Shown in pieces: positions 63,761 through 64,000 of a stretch of 64,000 bases of DNA. The position numbers and the translations under genes are program-made. Below the pieces are notes generated by a model, which saw only the letters and a list, made by a program, of their open reading frames with translations, was not told the DNA's origin and searched no databases. The DNA is from an uncultured delta proteobacterium (GTDB lineage Bacteria > Myxococcota_A > Polyangia > Fen-1088). Position 1 is the first letter of the stretch; every line of letters begins with the position of its first letter. The stretch is taken from assembly GCA_963796685.1 (NCBI GenBank), contig CAWCMR010000008.1:288001-352000 (forward strand), given 5' to 3'.

Positions 63761-64000
63761 TCAGAGGCGCAGGATGAATCCGACCGACTGTCCCGTGGAT
63801 CGTCCCGCCCCTCTGAAGGAATAGAAGCGGCGGCGCGCGTCGCACCTCGTGCAGTCGTCGCTGACGTCGATGTTCTCGCGCAGGACGCCGGCGGCCTCCA
63901 GCTCGAGTCGCTGGAATCGACGCAGATCGATGCGCGTCTTGCGGCCCAAAGTTCTGACCAGAACGCCGCTTCTCCCGGCCAGCGGCGTGGCCGCGACGAA
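63761..64000 (-). CDS. pgeF: PgeF/YfiH (laccase-domain) protein, partial
   Basis: IDL...AGV..ENI...CTRC...FYSFR...TG C-terminus. Confidence 0.8.
   Translation of the reverse strand, partial: FVAATPLAGRSGVLVRTLGRKTRIDLRRFQRLELEAAGVLRENIDVSDDCTRCDARRRFYSFRGAGRSTGQSVGFILRL

Overview
High-GC bacterial DNA. The Gly-rich lipoproteins, sterol genes and rpoN-PTS block suggest Myxococcota (Polyangia-like); this is an inference. The window has four zones. (1) About 4-19 kb is a lipid/triterpenoid cluster: a Psd-like decarboxylase, a BtaA/DUF3419 transferase, a GAF-PAS kinase with a sigma54 activator, a U32-family Fe-S protein translationally coupled to an oxidosqualene cyclase (DCTAE, cycloartenol-type residues), an archaeal-type HMG-CoA synthase/thiolase/DUF35 triad, a squalene-epoxidase-like flavoprotein and a squalene synthase. 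Three of its transcription units each carry a sigma54 -24/-12 motif plus a shared palindrome, CGTGCGA-N2-TCGCACG. The main hypothesis is that the U32 protein supplies an O2-independent oxygenation step for sterol synthesis. (2) About 19-42 kb is a mosaic island ending at tRNA-Leu(TAG): an ArsR/ArsP/thioredoxin/CcdA, Crp-Fnr, RND, FmdE x2 and TauE cluster, toxin-antitoxin modules, AbiE, and remnants of ZorB-like, ubiquitin-like (Ubl-E2-E1) and integrase genes. (3) About 42-50 kb holds a SWIM-SNF2 helicase and lipoproteins. (4) About 50-64 kb is core: pyrG, rpoN, hpf, ptsN, hprK, rapZ, EIIA, HPr, ptsI (the usual kdsA-lptCAB genes between pyrG and rpoN are absent), a lipoprotein with about 13 Ig-like repeats and a partial pgeF. 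Eight single-base insertions in unrelated genes look like sequencing errors. All assignments come from motif recognition by eye; no searches were run.
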